This document shows, one piece after another, positions 53,098 to 62,869 of a DNA stretch of 64,000 nt. The first letter of the stretch is position 1. Every line of letters begins with the position of its first letter. Location of the stretch: NCBI GenBank assembly GCA_965197745.1, contig CBDANS010000006.1:96001-160000 (forward strand). The letters are read 5' to 3'. The notes under the pieces were generated by a model, which was not told where the DNA came from, did no database searches, and was given only the letters and a program-made list of their open reading frames with translations. The position numbers were made by a program, and so were the translations under genes. This DNA is from Opitutales bacterium. GTDB taxonomy: Bacteria > Verrucomicrobiota > Verrucomicrobiia > Opitutales > PNEW01.

Positions 53098-54936
53098 ATG
53101 AAGCAGTCGATTGCTGCAAAAGCAAATCTGGACCAGCTGAAGAAGCAGGCCAAAACGCTGATCAAAGCGTTTAATTCGAATGACACCGAGGCGGCCGCAC
53201 GCCTCGCGGCGACACATCCCCGCTTAACCGGCCTGGATGTAACGGAAGTTCTGAAACAGAAGCTCGCCCTTAATGACGCACAATGGGTTATCGCCCGTGA
53301 GCATGGATTCAAAGATTGGACGGAACTCAAACATGAAAAACTCCGAGCTGAGTACTTTGAAGCCGCTCATCGTGGTGATACCGCACTACTCCGGAAACAG
53401 ATTAAATGCTGGCCGGATTTGATCCAAAAAAAGATGGAAAACGGGCTCAGTGCTCTTCATCTATCCATTGTCTCCGGCCATGCCGACGCTGTTCGGTTCT
53501 TACTCGAATGCGGAGCAAATCCAACAAACGGGTATGGGTATGGTCAAGGAACGCGTTCAACAACTCCGCTGCAACTGGCTAGAGATGCTGAACATGCAGA
53601 AGTAATTACTGTTATTGAAGACTAGCTGAAACACAGGGTTGAGGCCACGACGTTGGAGACACCGTTGATTACGGCCGTTGAAAATAAAGACTTCGAAACC
53701 GTCAGGAAGTTGCTGACCGAGCATCCTGAGAGTGTCAATGAAATCAACGAACGAGGTGGAACTGCTCTCATCCGGGCTTCGCATCTTAACGATCTGGAAT
53801 GTGTGCAACTGTTGCTCGATAAAGGAGCGGACGCCGCGTATCTTTCACCCAATCCGGTGGCCGCCGATTTTTTGCGCAACGGCCACGCCGCTATCCATCG
53901 GGTGGTCCATCACCGATGTCAGGATCAGGAGAAAAGTAGGACGATTCTACGCATGCATCTCGATCATGGAGCGCCCTATGACCATGAAATCGCTGTATGG
54001 ATGGGCGACCTCGACACCGTCATTGAAAAGACCGGGAATAACAATAAGCGAAAGGATGAAGCGCTCATTGCCGCGGCGTAAGTGGGTGAACTGCCCATCA
54101 TTCGCTGGCTCCTGGATCACGGAGTGGATCCCAACACTCCGCGGGACATCGATATTGGCGATTCGATCTTTCACGAGGAAGCAGCAGCTGTCTGGGAAGC
54201 AGCGGCCCAAGGTCACATTGAAGTGGTTCGCGAACTGCTTGCTCGCGGAGCAAAGCCTAACGAGGTCCTCTACGCAAGCGGCTGGCCGGTAACAATCGCA
54301 GATACATACGGGCATACCGACGTCAAAGAGCTGCTTATCGCGCACGGGGCGCCGCCTCCGATTGATTGGTATGAAGATTCGTTGGAGGATATAAAGAACA
54401 AGCTACCCATGCAGATGGAAAAACTCCATGAAGATTGGGCCATGCCTATCGCTGGCCGCACCGGCCGCGTTGATCTGGTCGAATACCTGCTGAGTCTTGA
54501 TCCCCGGATCGATGACGAGATGTGGACAAAGTGTCTGCAATATACCTTGTACGCTATATCTCCGAATAGTCCACAAATACTCAGTTTGCTTATCGACCAC
54601 AGGGCGAATCCAAACGCAATTAACGAACAGGGCGAGTCCGTTCTGCATTACTTATGTATGCACCATTCTCGCGAGAATCCAGCCAAAGTTGAGAACGCCC
54701 GTATGTTGGTCGAAAAAGGCGCTAAAATCAACGTCCTCGATCATGTTAAGAAGTCGACACCACTCGGCTACGCCACCCGTGAAGGCGAATACGATTTGGC
54801 CAGGGTATTCCTTGAACTGGGTGCCGATCCTAACCTCGGTGGTGAAGATTGGGCGCACCCGTTACGCTGGGCAGAGAAAAAAGGCCATAAGAAGATCGCT
54901 GAACTATTAAAGGCACACGGTGCCATTATTGAGTAA
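53098..54936 (+). pseudogene. LKKQAK-type N-terminal domain plus ankyrin repeats, with in-frame TAG (53623-25) and TAA (54079-81)
   Basis: Three consecutive ORFs in one frame; ANLDQLKKQAK...DAQWVIAREHGF..W; ankyrin motifs SALH, TPL, LL..GA.PN. Confidence 0.85.
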
Positions 54937-55040
54937 TCATAAGGGTGATCTGAAAAGGGTCGGGCGATGCAAACTGGCATATATTTAAAAAATACCAGTT
55001 TGCAGAACCCGACCCTTTTTGATTTCTTCGAGTAAAAGAT

Positions 55041-55436
55041 ATGAAAAATCTCAAAGCAATTATGCCGTTCTTCGTCGTTGAGAACGTTTCAGAAACTATT
55101 GAATTCTATACCGGCAAGCTGGGATTCAACATATCTTTTCAACAGACACTTGATGGAGATGATACACCATCATTTTGCATTCTTAATCGTGATGAGATCT
55201 CAATTATATTTAAGCGTATCGGAATGGGGATTACAGCTACACCCAACTCGATGAACCACGAGTGGGCCAGGTGGGATGCCTACATTGTAACTGAAGATCC
55301 GGACGCACTTTTCGAAGAATTAAAGGATAAAGGAGTGAATTTTCATCGTGAATTGGAAAACACCGAAGATGGGTTAAGGGCTTTTGAAGTTCGAGACAAC
55401 AACGGATATGTATTATGTTTCGCGCGATTGCTCTAG
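55041..55436 (+). CDS. VOC/glyoxalase/bleomycin-resistance family protein
   Basis: FY..KLGF, WDAYI...DPDAL, GLRAFEVRDNNGYVLCF. Confidence 0.88.
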   Translation: MKNLKAIMPFFVVENVSETIEFYTGKLGFNISFQQTLDGDDTPSFCILNRDEISIIFKRIGMGITATPNSMNHEWARWDAYIVTEDPDALFEELKDKGVNFHRELENTEDGLRAFEVRDNNGYVLCFARLL

Positions 55437-55689
55437 TATGAATATCTCGGTTAATTACCGCGTTACCTGTTTGATGTATGACATTATAAGAATCGAGAAA
55501 TCGAAACGGGTCTACGCGAGATAATCTGAATAACGCGTTTATAAAATCTATTGCTCCGATCGTTTAATAGCGCATTATTCAAAATCGGTTGTGCACCTAC
55601 TCACAATACTTTATTGGTACGCGAGACTGGTTGGAGATCATTCGAAAAGTAAGAATTGTTGAAATGACTTCAAAAAACCCACCCTATTA

Positions 55690-56709
55690 ATGAGCTTGCG
55701 AGTGAGTATAGATGAGGTGCTCGCATATCGTTACCGAGCTAACCATCTCGATAAACGACTAAAAGCTGGTTCAGAACCTTTCGCTGCACGTGCGGGGTTG
55801 CAAGACAGTGGACCTCGTGCTGGTGTAATATCCCTGCATGCCCGTGTTAATGGTGTCACAGCCTCTTTATGGGAACAGCCAGACATGGCTCAGGTATGGG
55901 GTCCACGTGGTGCGATCTACATTGTGCCGCGCAATGATATAGCCGTCTTCACACTTGGTCAGCTGCCTCGGGATTCTGGTTCTCTAAAGTTGATAGAAAA
56001 AGCGGTTGCTTCGATTAAAAAAATATTAGCTGGCCGCACCCTACGAAAATCTGAGGTGCTTTCCAGATTTCGTTCTCTGAATCTTGGTGTAGACTTTTTA
56101 CCAGCCGGAAAAACTGGATCTATCCTTCCTCGCTGGGATGCTCGTGATACTCTTATACGCGCTGTCGATGCACCTGACGCAGATATTGAAGAGTGTAGAA
56201 TCGAATTGGCCCGCCGGTTTTTTCATTATTTAGGTCCATCCACATTGAAGGGTCTCAAGCAGTGGGCAGGTATTTCGCGAGAGGATGCCCAGATGACATT
56301 CTCATCTTTATCCAACGAACTGTTGAACATAGAAGTTGACGGGCACAAAGCGTGGTGTCTTGAGTCGGATGTGGACGATCTCAACAAACCACGTGCTAAA
56401 AGAGGGGTTAGATTACTTCCTGCGGATGATCCGTATTTAAATTACCGGACTGCAAAAGAATTTCTTGTGCCTGAACATAAATTTCAATTGCAGCTTTGGC
56501 CGAAAGCTCCTCCTCCTGGAGCTTTGCTTGTCGATGGTATTATCTCGGGCATATGGAGAAGGAATCAATGGCATTTTGTCTTTAAACCGTGGAGAAAAAA
56601 AATTTCTAATAACGTAGCTGACGCCGTAACCGAAGAAATATCTCGATTTCCACTTCAGGGAGATCCGACTAAGGCGAGAGTGGAGTGGTTATCACCATTG
56701 AAGAGGTGA
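55690..56709 (+). CDS. AlkZ/YcaQ-like winged-helix DNA glycosylase family protein
   Basis: GLQDS, SLHARV, GPRGA, R.F...GPST...W.G, VRLLP..DPYL, LVDG...G.W. Confidence 0.75.
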   Translation: MSLRVSIDEVLAYRYRANHLDKRLKAGSEPFAARAGLQDSGPRAGVISLHARVNGVTASLWEQPDMAQVWGPRGAIYIVPRNDIAVFTLGQLPRDSGSLKLIEKAVASIKKILAGRTLRKSEVLSRFRSLNLGVDFLPAGKTGSILPRWDARDTLIRAVDAPDADIEECRIELARRFFHYLGPSTLKGLKQWAGISREDAQMTFSSLSNELLNIEVDGHKAWCLESDVDDLNKPRAKRGVRLLPADDPYLNYRTAKEFLVPEHKFQLQLWPKAPPPGALLVDGIISGIWRRNQWHFVFKPWRKKISNNVADAVTEEISRFPLQGDPTKARVEWLSPLKR

Positions 56710-56772
56710 ATTGTTTAAAATATATTATAGAAAATAACCCTAATCCAATATTGTTAGAAGAAGGAGTTGATT

Positions 56773-57141
56773 ATGAAAATCACTGAATTCGCATTTGTAG
56801 GACATCCAGTAGAGAGTATGAAGCGTGCGCAGAAATTTTACGAAGAAGTGCTCCGACTTCCACCACCAAAAGTCCTCGGTAAAGGATGGTTTGAATACGA
56901 AATAGGCCCCTACACTCTCGCTATCACTACTGCGTGGTCTGATAATAAACCACCTGAACGACCAAGTTGTGGACTTGCTCTTGAAGTCGAAGACTTTGAC
57001 GAAGCTATCTAGCATATTAAGGACTGCGGTGTTAGCTTTGATATTGAACCTGCCGAGTACGAGTATTGTTATAGTGCGGTCATTACGGATCCCGATGGCA
57101 ATCAGTTCGGTATTCATAAGAGAAAACCAGGTAAATGTTAA
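56773..57141 (+). pseudogene. VOC-family protein with in-frame TAG (57010-57012)
   Basis: RA.KFYEEVL, ALEVEDFDEAI*HIK...ITDPDGNQFGIHKRK to TAA 57141; AAGGAG SD. Confidence 0.85.
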
Positions 57142-57212
57142 ATCATCGCGATATAATAGGAGTCCGTTCAATAACTTGACAAAGAACGGCATCCGGTTAA
57201 CCTTTATGATAG

Positions 57213-57314
57213 TTGCTCAGAGGGAGCCTCCCAGTCCGCGGTAAGGGTTTAACCCACCTTTAGAAGAAGTCTATCAACCTTCTTTCTGCCTGCAACTGCG
57301 GACACCAGGCGCAA
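57213..57314 (+). ncRNA. Putative structured 5' leader RNA, copy C
   Basis: GTCCGC (57234-39) complementary to loop GCGGAC (57298-303) in hairpin GCCTG/CAGGC; GGGT/ACCC and AGAAGAAG/CTTCTTTCT stems. Confidence 0.7.
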
Positions 57315-57332
57315 TAATAGAGAGGAGGTCGT

Positions 57333-58523
57333 ATGACCAGGAAGTTACCAGAGAAAGCCAATCTTGAGCATCTCAAGAAACAGGCAAAGCAGTTATTAAA
57401 AGACCACAAAGCAGGTGAGCAACAGGCCTGCAATCGTATCAGGGAATATCATCTCCGACTGTCCAAATTACCGGAAAAGGACATCCCCGGTGCTGAATTC
57501 TCCTTGCAAGATGCACAACTCACGGTCGCGCGCGAGTACGGTTTTTCCAGTTGGCCAAAAATGGTTTCCGCGATTAAATCGACTGATAAGCGGAAGCTAA
57601 TATTTAATGCTTCTAATCGTGGAGATCTCGATGAAGTCAAAAGACTGATTAAATCTTACAGCTTCGCGAAAGGGGAACTGGACGAAGCTTTATGTCGTGC
57701 CACATGTAATATGCGGGGTGATAAGGAGTCAGATTTTCGCGCTTGCGCGGATTACCTCATTGACCGTGGTGCAGACGTCAATGCTGAGAGTGAGGATAAC
57801 TACGGCCGTATTATTCTCGGATCGTGTGAATTCCTAAATCCTGTAGGACTGAAATACTTAATTGATCATGGGGCTATAGTGAATGTGCCTGAGCGCATAA
57901 CCAAGTACCCTGCTAATAATACGCCATTGAATATGGTGCTGGGTACATATTCTCGTAAACCAGCTGAGAAACACCGATGTCTCGACCTGCTCATAGAAGC
58001 CGGGGCCCACTACGAGGATGGCCCGGTTATGGATATCCACATGGGACGCGATGATAATCTTAAAGAACGACTGAATATGAATTCTCATTTGCTGCATGCT
58101 CAATTCGATCTCAATTACGGTAATTATCTAACGCTTTTCGGAGTGAGCTTATTACATATCGCAGCTGAGTATATTGAGAAAGCGTGTGTCGATGTCCTCC
58201 TTGATCATGGAGCGGATATAGATGAGAAAGCAATAATCGGAAAGAATGGCGTGGGTGGACAAACACCTATTTACCATGTAATCGGGGGCAACCAGGGTAA
58301 ATGCTACCCGTTGTTTGAACACCTGATGGAGAAGGGACCTGATCTAACCGTGAAAGCCTATATTCAAGGGAATGTCGTTATTAACCATGAAAAGGATCTT
58401 GCTTACGACGAGGTGCTGGAGCTGTCCCCTTTAGGCTATGCCCTGAGGTACGAGCACGAACCTACATGGCGTGAAGCATCTCGGGAAGCAGCGAAACTAC
58501 GTGAACTCGGCGCGCCGATGTAA
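57333..58523 (+). CDS. LKKQAK-type N-terminal domain plus ankyrin repeats
   Basis: LPEKANLEHLKKQAK...LQDAQLTVAREYGFSSW; LLHIAAE, LLDHGADID, GQTPI. Confidence 0.88.
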   Translation: MTRKLPEKANLEHLKKQAKQLLKDHKAGEQQACNRIREYHLRLSKLPEKDIPGAEFSLQDAQLTVAREYGFSSWPKMVSAIKSTDKRKLIFNASNRGDLDEVKRLIKSYSFAKGELDEALCRATCNMRGDKESDFRACADYLIDRGADVNAESEDNYGRIILGSCEFLNPVGLKYLIDHGAIVNVPERITKYPANNTPLNMVLGTYSRKPAEKHRCLDLLIEAGAHYEDGPVMDIHMGRDDNLKERLNMNSHLLHAQFDLNYGNYLTLFGVSLLHIAAEYIEKACVDVLLDHGADIDEKAIIGKNGVGGQTPIYHVIGGNQGKCYPLFEHLMEKGPDLTVKAYIQGNVVINHEKDLAYDEVLELSPLGYALRYEHEPTWREASREAAKLRELGAPM

Positions 58524-58617
58524 TCTTTTCGATAAGTTTAATTCTAATTCTAAGATTTATATTCACCTGACACCTTTTAATCTTGTCACTCTGTTACCGC
58601 CATGAGAAAGAACGAAA

Positions 58618-59769
58618 ATGAACACCGACCAGTCACCGACTAAGTCTTACCGCGCCACTGCCTTTGCCGACTCAAAGCCCGAGCTGGCGACGCCGGGAGC
58701 TACGCCGGAGCGGCTTGCCTACCTGGAGGAGCATGGTTTCGTCATCATCACCGACTTTGTCGACAACCCATGGATCCCCATTCTCCGCGATGCAGGGCGC
58801 CGCGTTACCGAGGCATGCTTGCCCGAGCATGGGTACAGCAAGATCGACTGTTCAAAAGGCTACGTGCACCGGACGGAACATCATGAGCCGTGGGCAATCC
58901 GGGGCATCATACATCCTGCCTTCGGAGAGCCCTGCTTTGCCGACTTCCTGGGCTCTGAAGATTTCCTCAGGTTCGCCCATTCCTGGTGTGACGGGCTCGA
59001 ACCGGCTGATATGGTAATGATTAACACCCTGCTGTGGTGTAATCCCCGTCAGCACGAGAATGGTCCCAGCTGGCACCGGGACGGGACGTGGTGGGGCGAC
59101 GGAAGACCCTATTTTTCGCAGGAGGCGGACCGGGGGGACACCCCTGAGGATTACTCCGAGGAAGTCGAAAAAGTCCGCTGGGAAGAAATCCGCGCCAATA
59201 ATAAAAAATCGATCACGGAGCGCAACAGCGTCACCATCTTCCTGGCGCTGGCCGACGACGAGTGCCACGAGCTGATACCGGGCAGCCACAATCGCTGGCG
59301 CACCCCGTTCGAGCACGACGTGCTCCTGCCGAAAACGATGAAAGACCAGGGGGTGCCATACACGCCCAGCTGGGACGGTGTCTCGCCGCTGCCCAGCCAG
59401 GTTGCTATCCGGCTCAAAGCGGGGGAAGCGTTCATCCGCATCGGGACGACGATCCACACCGGGCACACGGTGCCTGATCGCGAGCGCAACTCCTTGTTAG
59501 TCGGCTGGTCGAAGTGGTCGGGTCCGTCCAGTGTGAAGCCGGCGGTGGCAGATGCGCGCCACGCCTGGCAACTGGATCCAGCCGTGCGTGAAGCGCTGCC
59601 GCACGCGTGGATGAAGACAGCATGGGACCGCTGGGCGGAGACCCAGCAGCTGGGGAATACGCTTGAGGACCGGTATGCAGAGTATGACGTTGAGCGCATC
59701 AAAGCCGGCGAGGTGGTGGGTTGGCGCAGTGAGCTGGAGCAACAAGCCGCGGCAGCTGGCGAAACCTGA
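58618..59769 (+). CDS. PhyH-like dioxygenase
   Basis: LEEHGFVII, WHRD, LIPGSH, IHTG; GC-richer than flanks. Confidence 0.78.
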   Translation: MNTDQSPTKSYRATAFADSKPELATPGATPERLAYLEEHGFVIITDFVDNPWIPILRDAGRRVTEACLPEHGYSKIDCSKGYVHRTEHHEPWAIRGIIHPAFGEPCFADFLGSEDFLRFAHSWCDGLEPADMVMINTLLWCNPRQHENGPSWHRDGTWWGDGRPYFSQEADRGDTPEDYSEEVEKVRWEEIRANNKKSITERNSVTIFLALADDECHELIPGSHNRWRTPFEHDVLLPKTMKDQGVPYTPSWDGVSPLPSQVAIRLKAGEAFIRIGTTIHTGHTVPDRERNSLLVGWSKWSGPSSVKPAVADARHAWQLDPAVREALPHAWMKTAWDRWAETQQLGNTLEDRYAEYDVERIKAGEVVGWRSELEQQAAAAGET

Positions 59770-60002
59770 GTGCCTGACTCTTTTGATCTCTTTATTCAGA
59801 GATAATTAATTCAGGACCTGCGAGTGGTTTGTATGTGGCCACACGAATTACTGTTCTTCTGAGATTCTCATTGATCTACCCAATCTGGATGATAACCGAT
59901 TTCCCAAAGATGATTATCAGGGTCGGCGAAAAAACCCGAGTAGCCGGCACAAAAACGAGAGCCAATTAATGCGCAATTAGTCTATAATAATTTATTTTTG
60001 AA

Positions 60003-61295
60003 ATGATGAATAAAGAAAGACTGATAAATAACAAGCGGGTGATTGTATTAGGTGCCGGGTTTGGTGGTTTAGAATTCTGCAAAAAATTTTCCTTTGAAGA
60101 TTCTGAGATCATTGTCATTGACAGGCAAAATCACCACCTTTTTCAACCGTTACTTTACCAGGTAGCGTCTGCGGGACTATCTGTTCCTGAGATTGCCCAA
60201 CCTGTTCGACAGATCCTTTCAGGGAGAAAGGACATATCAATTATCCTGGATGAAGTTGTAGAAATTGATTTAAATAACAGGAAGATTTGGCTTCAGGAGC
60301 GCGATAAAGAGCTTGATTACGATTACCTCATTATCGCGCTTGGTGCCAATACGACTTACTTTGGACATGACCACTGGGCGGCATTTGCGCCAGGGTTAAA
60401 GACGCTTGATGATGCGACGCGCATTCGTCACAGTGTGCTTCTAGCTTTTGAGAAGGCGGAATGCGCCAGTACGGATGCAATCCGTAATCGATTAATGACG
60501 ATTGTTGTCATTGGTGGAGGGCCGACAGGAGTGGAGCTGGCCGGTGCTTTCGCGGAACTCGTGCGCCATGTCCTCAGAAAGGACTTTCGCTATATCAATC
60601 CGGTGAAAGCAAAAATTATTCTTATAGAAGCGGCTCCCCGTATTTTATTAAATTTTCCCGAGAGACTTGCCACGAGAGGTAGAGAACAGCTTGAATCGCT
60701 TGGTGTTGAGATACGAACAGGAGCTAGAGTAATTGACATTGAAAAAGGAAAGGTGATTTTGGAAAACGAAGTCATCGAAGCTGAAAATATCATCTGGAGT
60801 GCTGGTGTTTGTGCCAACCCTATCACAAGTAATCTCAATGTTGAAAAAGATAACTCAGGGCAAATTAAGGTAAATGCTGATTTAAGTCTGCCTGGGTTTC
60901 CTGAAGTTTTTGCGGTGGGCGATATTGCGGCATTGGTAGATGCCAATGGCAGGCCTGTCCCGGGAGTTTCACCGGCTGCAATGCAAATGGCCAGACATGT
61001 GGCGAAAACGTTAAAGATTGAGCTGAAAGCGTCGGCAGGGCGTAGTCCATTGCGCGCGTCTTTTGCCTATCGGGATAAAGGCTCAATGGCAACAATAGGG
61101 CGTTCTGCAGCAGTGGCGAAGATAGGTCGTTTAGAGATTAGCGGACTATTGGCCTGGCTTTCCTGGCTAATTGTACACCTGATCTTTTTAATTGGATTTC
61201 GCAATAAATTAGCCGTTTTATTGCAGTGGTTTTATTCCTATGTTAATTATAAACGAGGTGCTCGTATTATCACCGGGTTAGATAAGAATAAATAA
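60003..61295 (+). CDS. ndh: Type II NADH dehydrogenase-like FAD/NAD(P) oxidoreductase
   Basis: GAGFGG, HHLFQPLLYQVA, GGGPTGVELAG, YRDKGSMATIGR. Confidence 0.9.
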   Translation: MMNKERLINNKRVIVLGAGFGGLEFCKKFSFEDSEIIVIDRQNHHLFQPLLYQVASAGLSVPEIAQPVRQILSGRKDISIILDEVVEIDLNNRKIWLQERDKELDYDYLIIALGANTTYFGHDHWAAFAPGLKTLDDATRIRHSVLLAFEKAECASTDAIRNRLMTIVVIGGGPTGVELAGAFAELVRHVLRKDFRYINPVKAKIILIEAAPRILLNFPERLATRGREQLESLGVEIRTGARVIDIEKGKVILENEVIEAENIIWSAGVCANPITSNLNVEKDNSGQIKVNADLSLPGFPEVFAVGDIAALVDANGRPVPGVSPAAMQMARHVAKTLKIELKASAGRSPLRASFAYRDKGSMATIGRSAAVAKIGRLEISGLLAWLSWLIVHLIFLIGFRNKLAVLLQWFYSYVNYKRGARIITGLDKNK

Positions 61296-61341
61296 TTAGT
61301 GGAATGCCCCCTTTTTACTTCTTTCTTTTTTACTCCCTTTC

Positions 61342-61564
61342 TTGTCATTGCGAGGAGCGGCGCAACGAAGCAATCCAGGCGAAAATTCATTGTGTCTACA
61401 AATGCCAATCACATCTCAGATCTTTCCTATGATGGTTCGTCTAGCTGAACGTAAACAATGACATTTAAGGCATGGTGTTCACAATAGACATCCCCCTGGA
61501 ATGGAAGATGTCTCTGCGCTAGGTAGCTTCGAATCCCGCGTCTGCGGGATCCTCGCAATGACAA
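61342..61564. mobile_element. MITE/REP-like element; partial right half repeated at 62360-62460
   Basis: ttgtcattgcgagg...cctcgcaatgacaa 14-bp terminal inverted repeat. Confidence 0.82.
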
Positions 61565-61699
61565 TAGGGCGAACCGCCGTCGTTCTGCTATCACAGAATA
61601 ATGGCCGCTGCCCCCTTTTCATCTTTCTCTGTCAAAGGAGCAGAAGTGCTGCTTGAATAAACGACCATTACATAAAATTTATTCTATTGTTATACAGCA

Positions 61700-62254
61700 T
61701 CAGTTGGAGTGTTCATCCCCATGTTGATTACCAGCTGGTATCGAATGTTGAATTCTGTTCGCATCAGACGACGTAGACACCAGCATAACTCCTATTACAA
61801 TGAGGGTGGCGCCAATCAGAAGACGTGTGATAAGGACCTCTTTCCATTCTGAAAATAACCACATGGCCAGCAGGGCCGTGATCAGACTGGCGGTAGCAGT
61901 TAAGGGACCAATTATTGAAATTGGAGTTTCAAACTTAACCATCGCTAATGACATTAGAGCTGTTGCGCTTGCCCATGACAAGCCGACACAAAATGCCAGC
62001 GTCGCAGACCCGGCGCTTATCGATTTTTCTTTGATTAGAACCAATAACAGGAACGCCACGAAAATCGCCCCTGCCCCGGCAAATAAGATTAAATGGTTCA
62101 GGCTTATCCCTTGCCGAGCGCTGGCTTTTAAGAATATCCCCCCGATACCAAATATAATAGCGGGTAGAAACCCACCGATGATTATCCCCATGTAATTTAA
62201 ATTCATATCTGTCCTCTCCATTTTTTTAGAACCCTGTATACTGATTAGATGCAT
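61700..62254 (-). CDS. EamA/DMT-like small membrane transporter
   Basis: Five hydrophobic segments, F.EW...R...G..LI..G; start likely 62221 or later. Confidence 0.7.
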   Translation of the reverse strand: MHLISIQGSKKMERTDMNLNYMGIIIGGFLPAIIFGIGGIFLKASARQGISLNHLILFAGAGAIFVAFLLLVLIKEKSISAGSATLAFCVGLSWASATALMSLAMVKFETPISIIGPLTATASLITALLAMWLFSEWKEVLITRLLIGATLIVIGVMLVSTSSDANRIQHSIPAGNQHGDEHSN

Positions 62255-62621
62255 TAACTGCAGCAGACCTTTTGCAAGATAGTAACGCTGGCTATTTTAA
62301 CACAAGGCAATTAGACCAAGAGGTGTCCAGGCATACCCCAGCCCATCAAAACGCTCTCAATTAAGGCATGGTGTTCGCAATAGACATCCCCCTGGATTGG
62401 AAGATGTCGTTGCGCTCGGCAGTCGCGTCTCCCGCAGTTGCGGGATCCTCGCAATGACAATAGGGTGAGACGGTATAAACTCATCACCATTTACTTGGCG
62501 ATCTCCGCGTCTCTGCGGTGAATTTTGAATTTGAATTTCAAGGTCGCGCATAAAAATAGCCATCTACCTGTTGCCATTGAGTCTTTCAATGAGCAATTCA
62601 ATCTGTATATTGATCATAGTT

Positions 62622-62813
62622 ATGCAGCTTTCGTGGCAGAAAAGAGCGTTGATCTTAACGGTCCTTTGGATACTCTGGTTCTTAAGGTTTGTTCCTGAAA
62701 ATATCGGAGCGTTCGCGACCTTTGGATTACTTCCACCGCTGATAATATGGGGAATGATCTGGATAATCAGGGGGCTTAAGAAGGAAAGACGAGAGACTGA
62801 CAATAAAGAATAA
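62622..62813 (+). CDS. Small 2-TM hypothetical protein
   Basis: MQLSWQKRAL..., two hydrophobic stretches and a charged tail. Confidence 0.5.
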   Translation: MQLSWQKRALILTVLWILWFLRFVPENIGAFATFGLLPPLIIWGMIWIIRGLKKERRETDNKE

Positions 62814-62869
62814 TAGCTTAATTGCTAATACCCTAGTCGCCTACCCCCTGCATCATAATTTCCTAACGG

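Noticed and set aside
246..57012. Genome-wide TAG-to-Gln recoding
   Set aside because: Many complete-looking genes end in TAG, and internal TAA and TGA stops also occur
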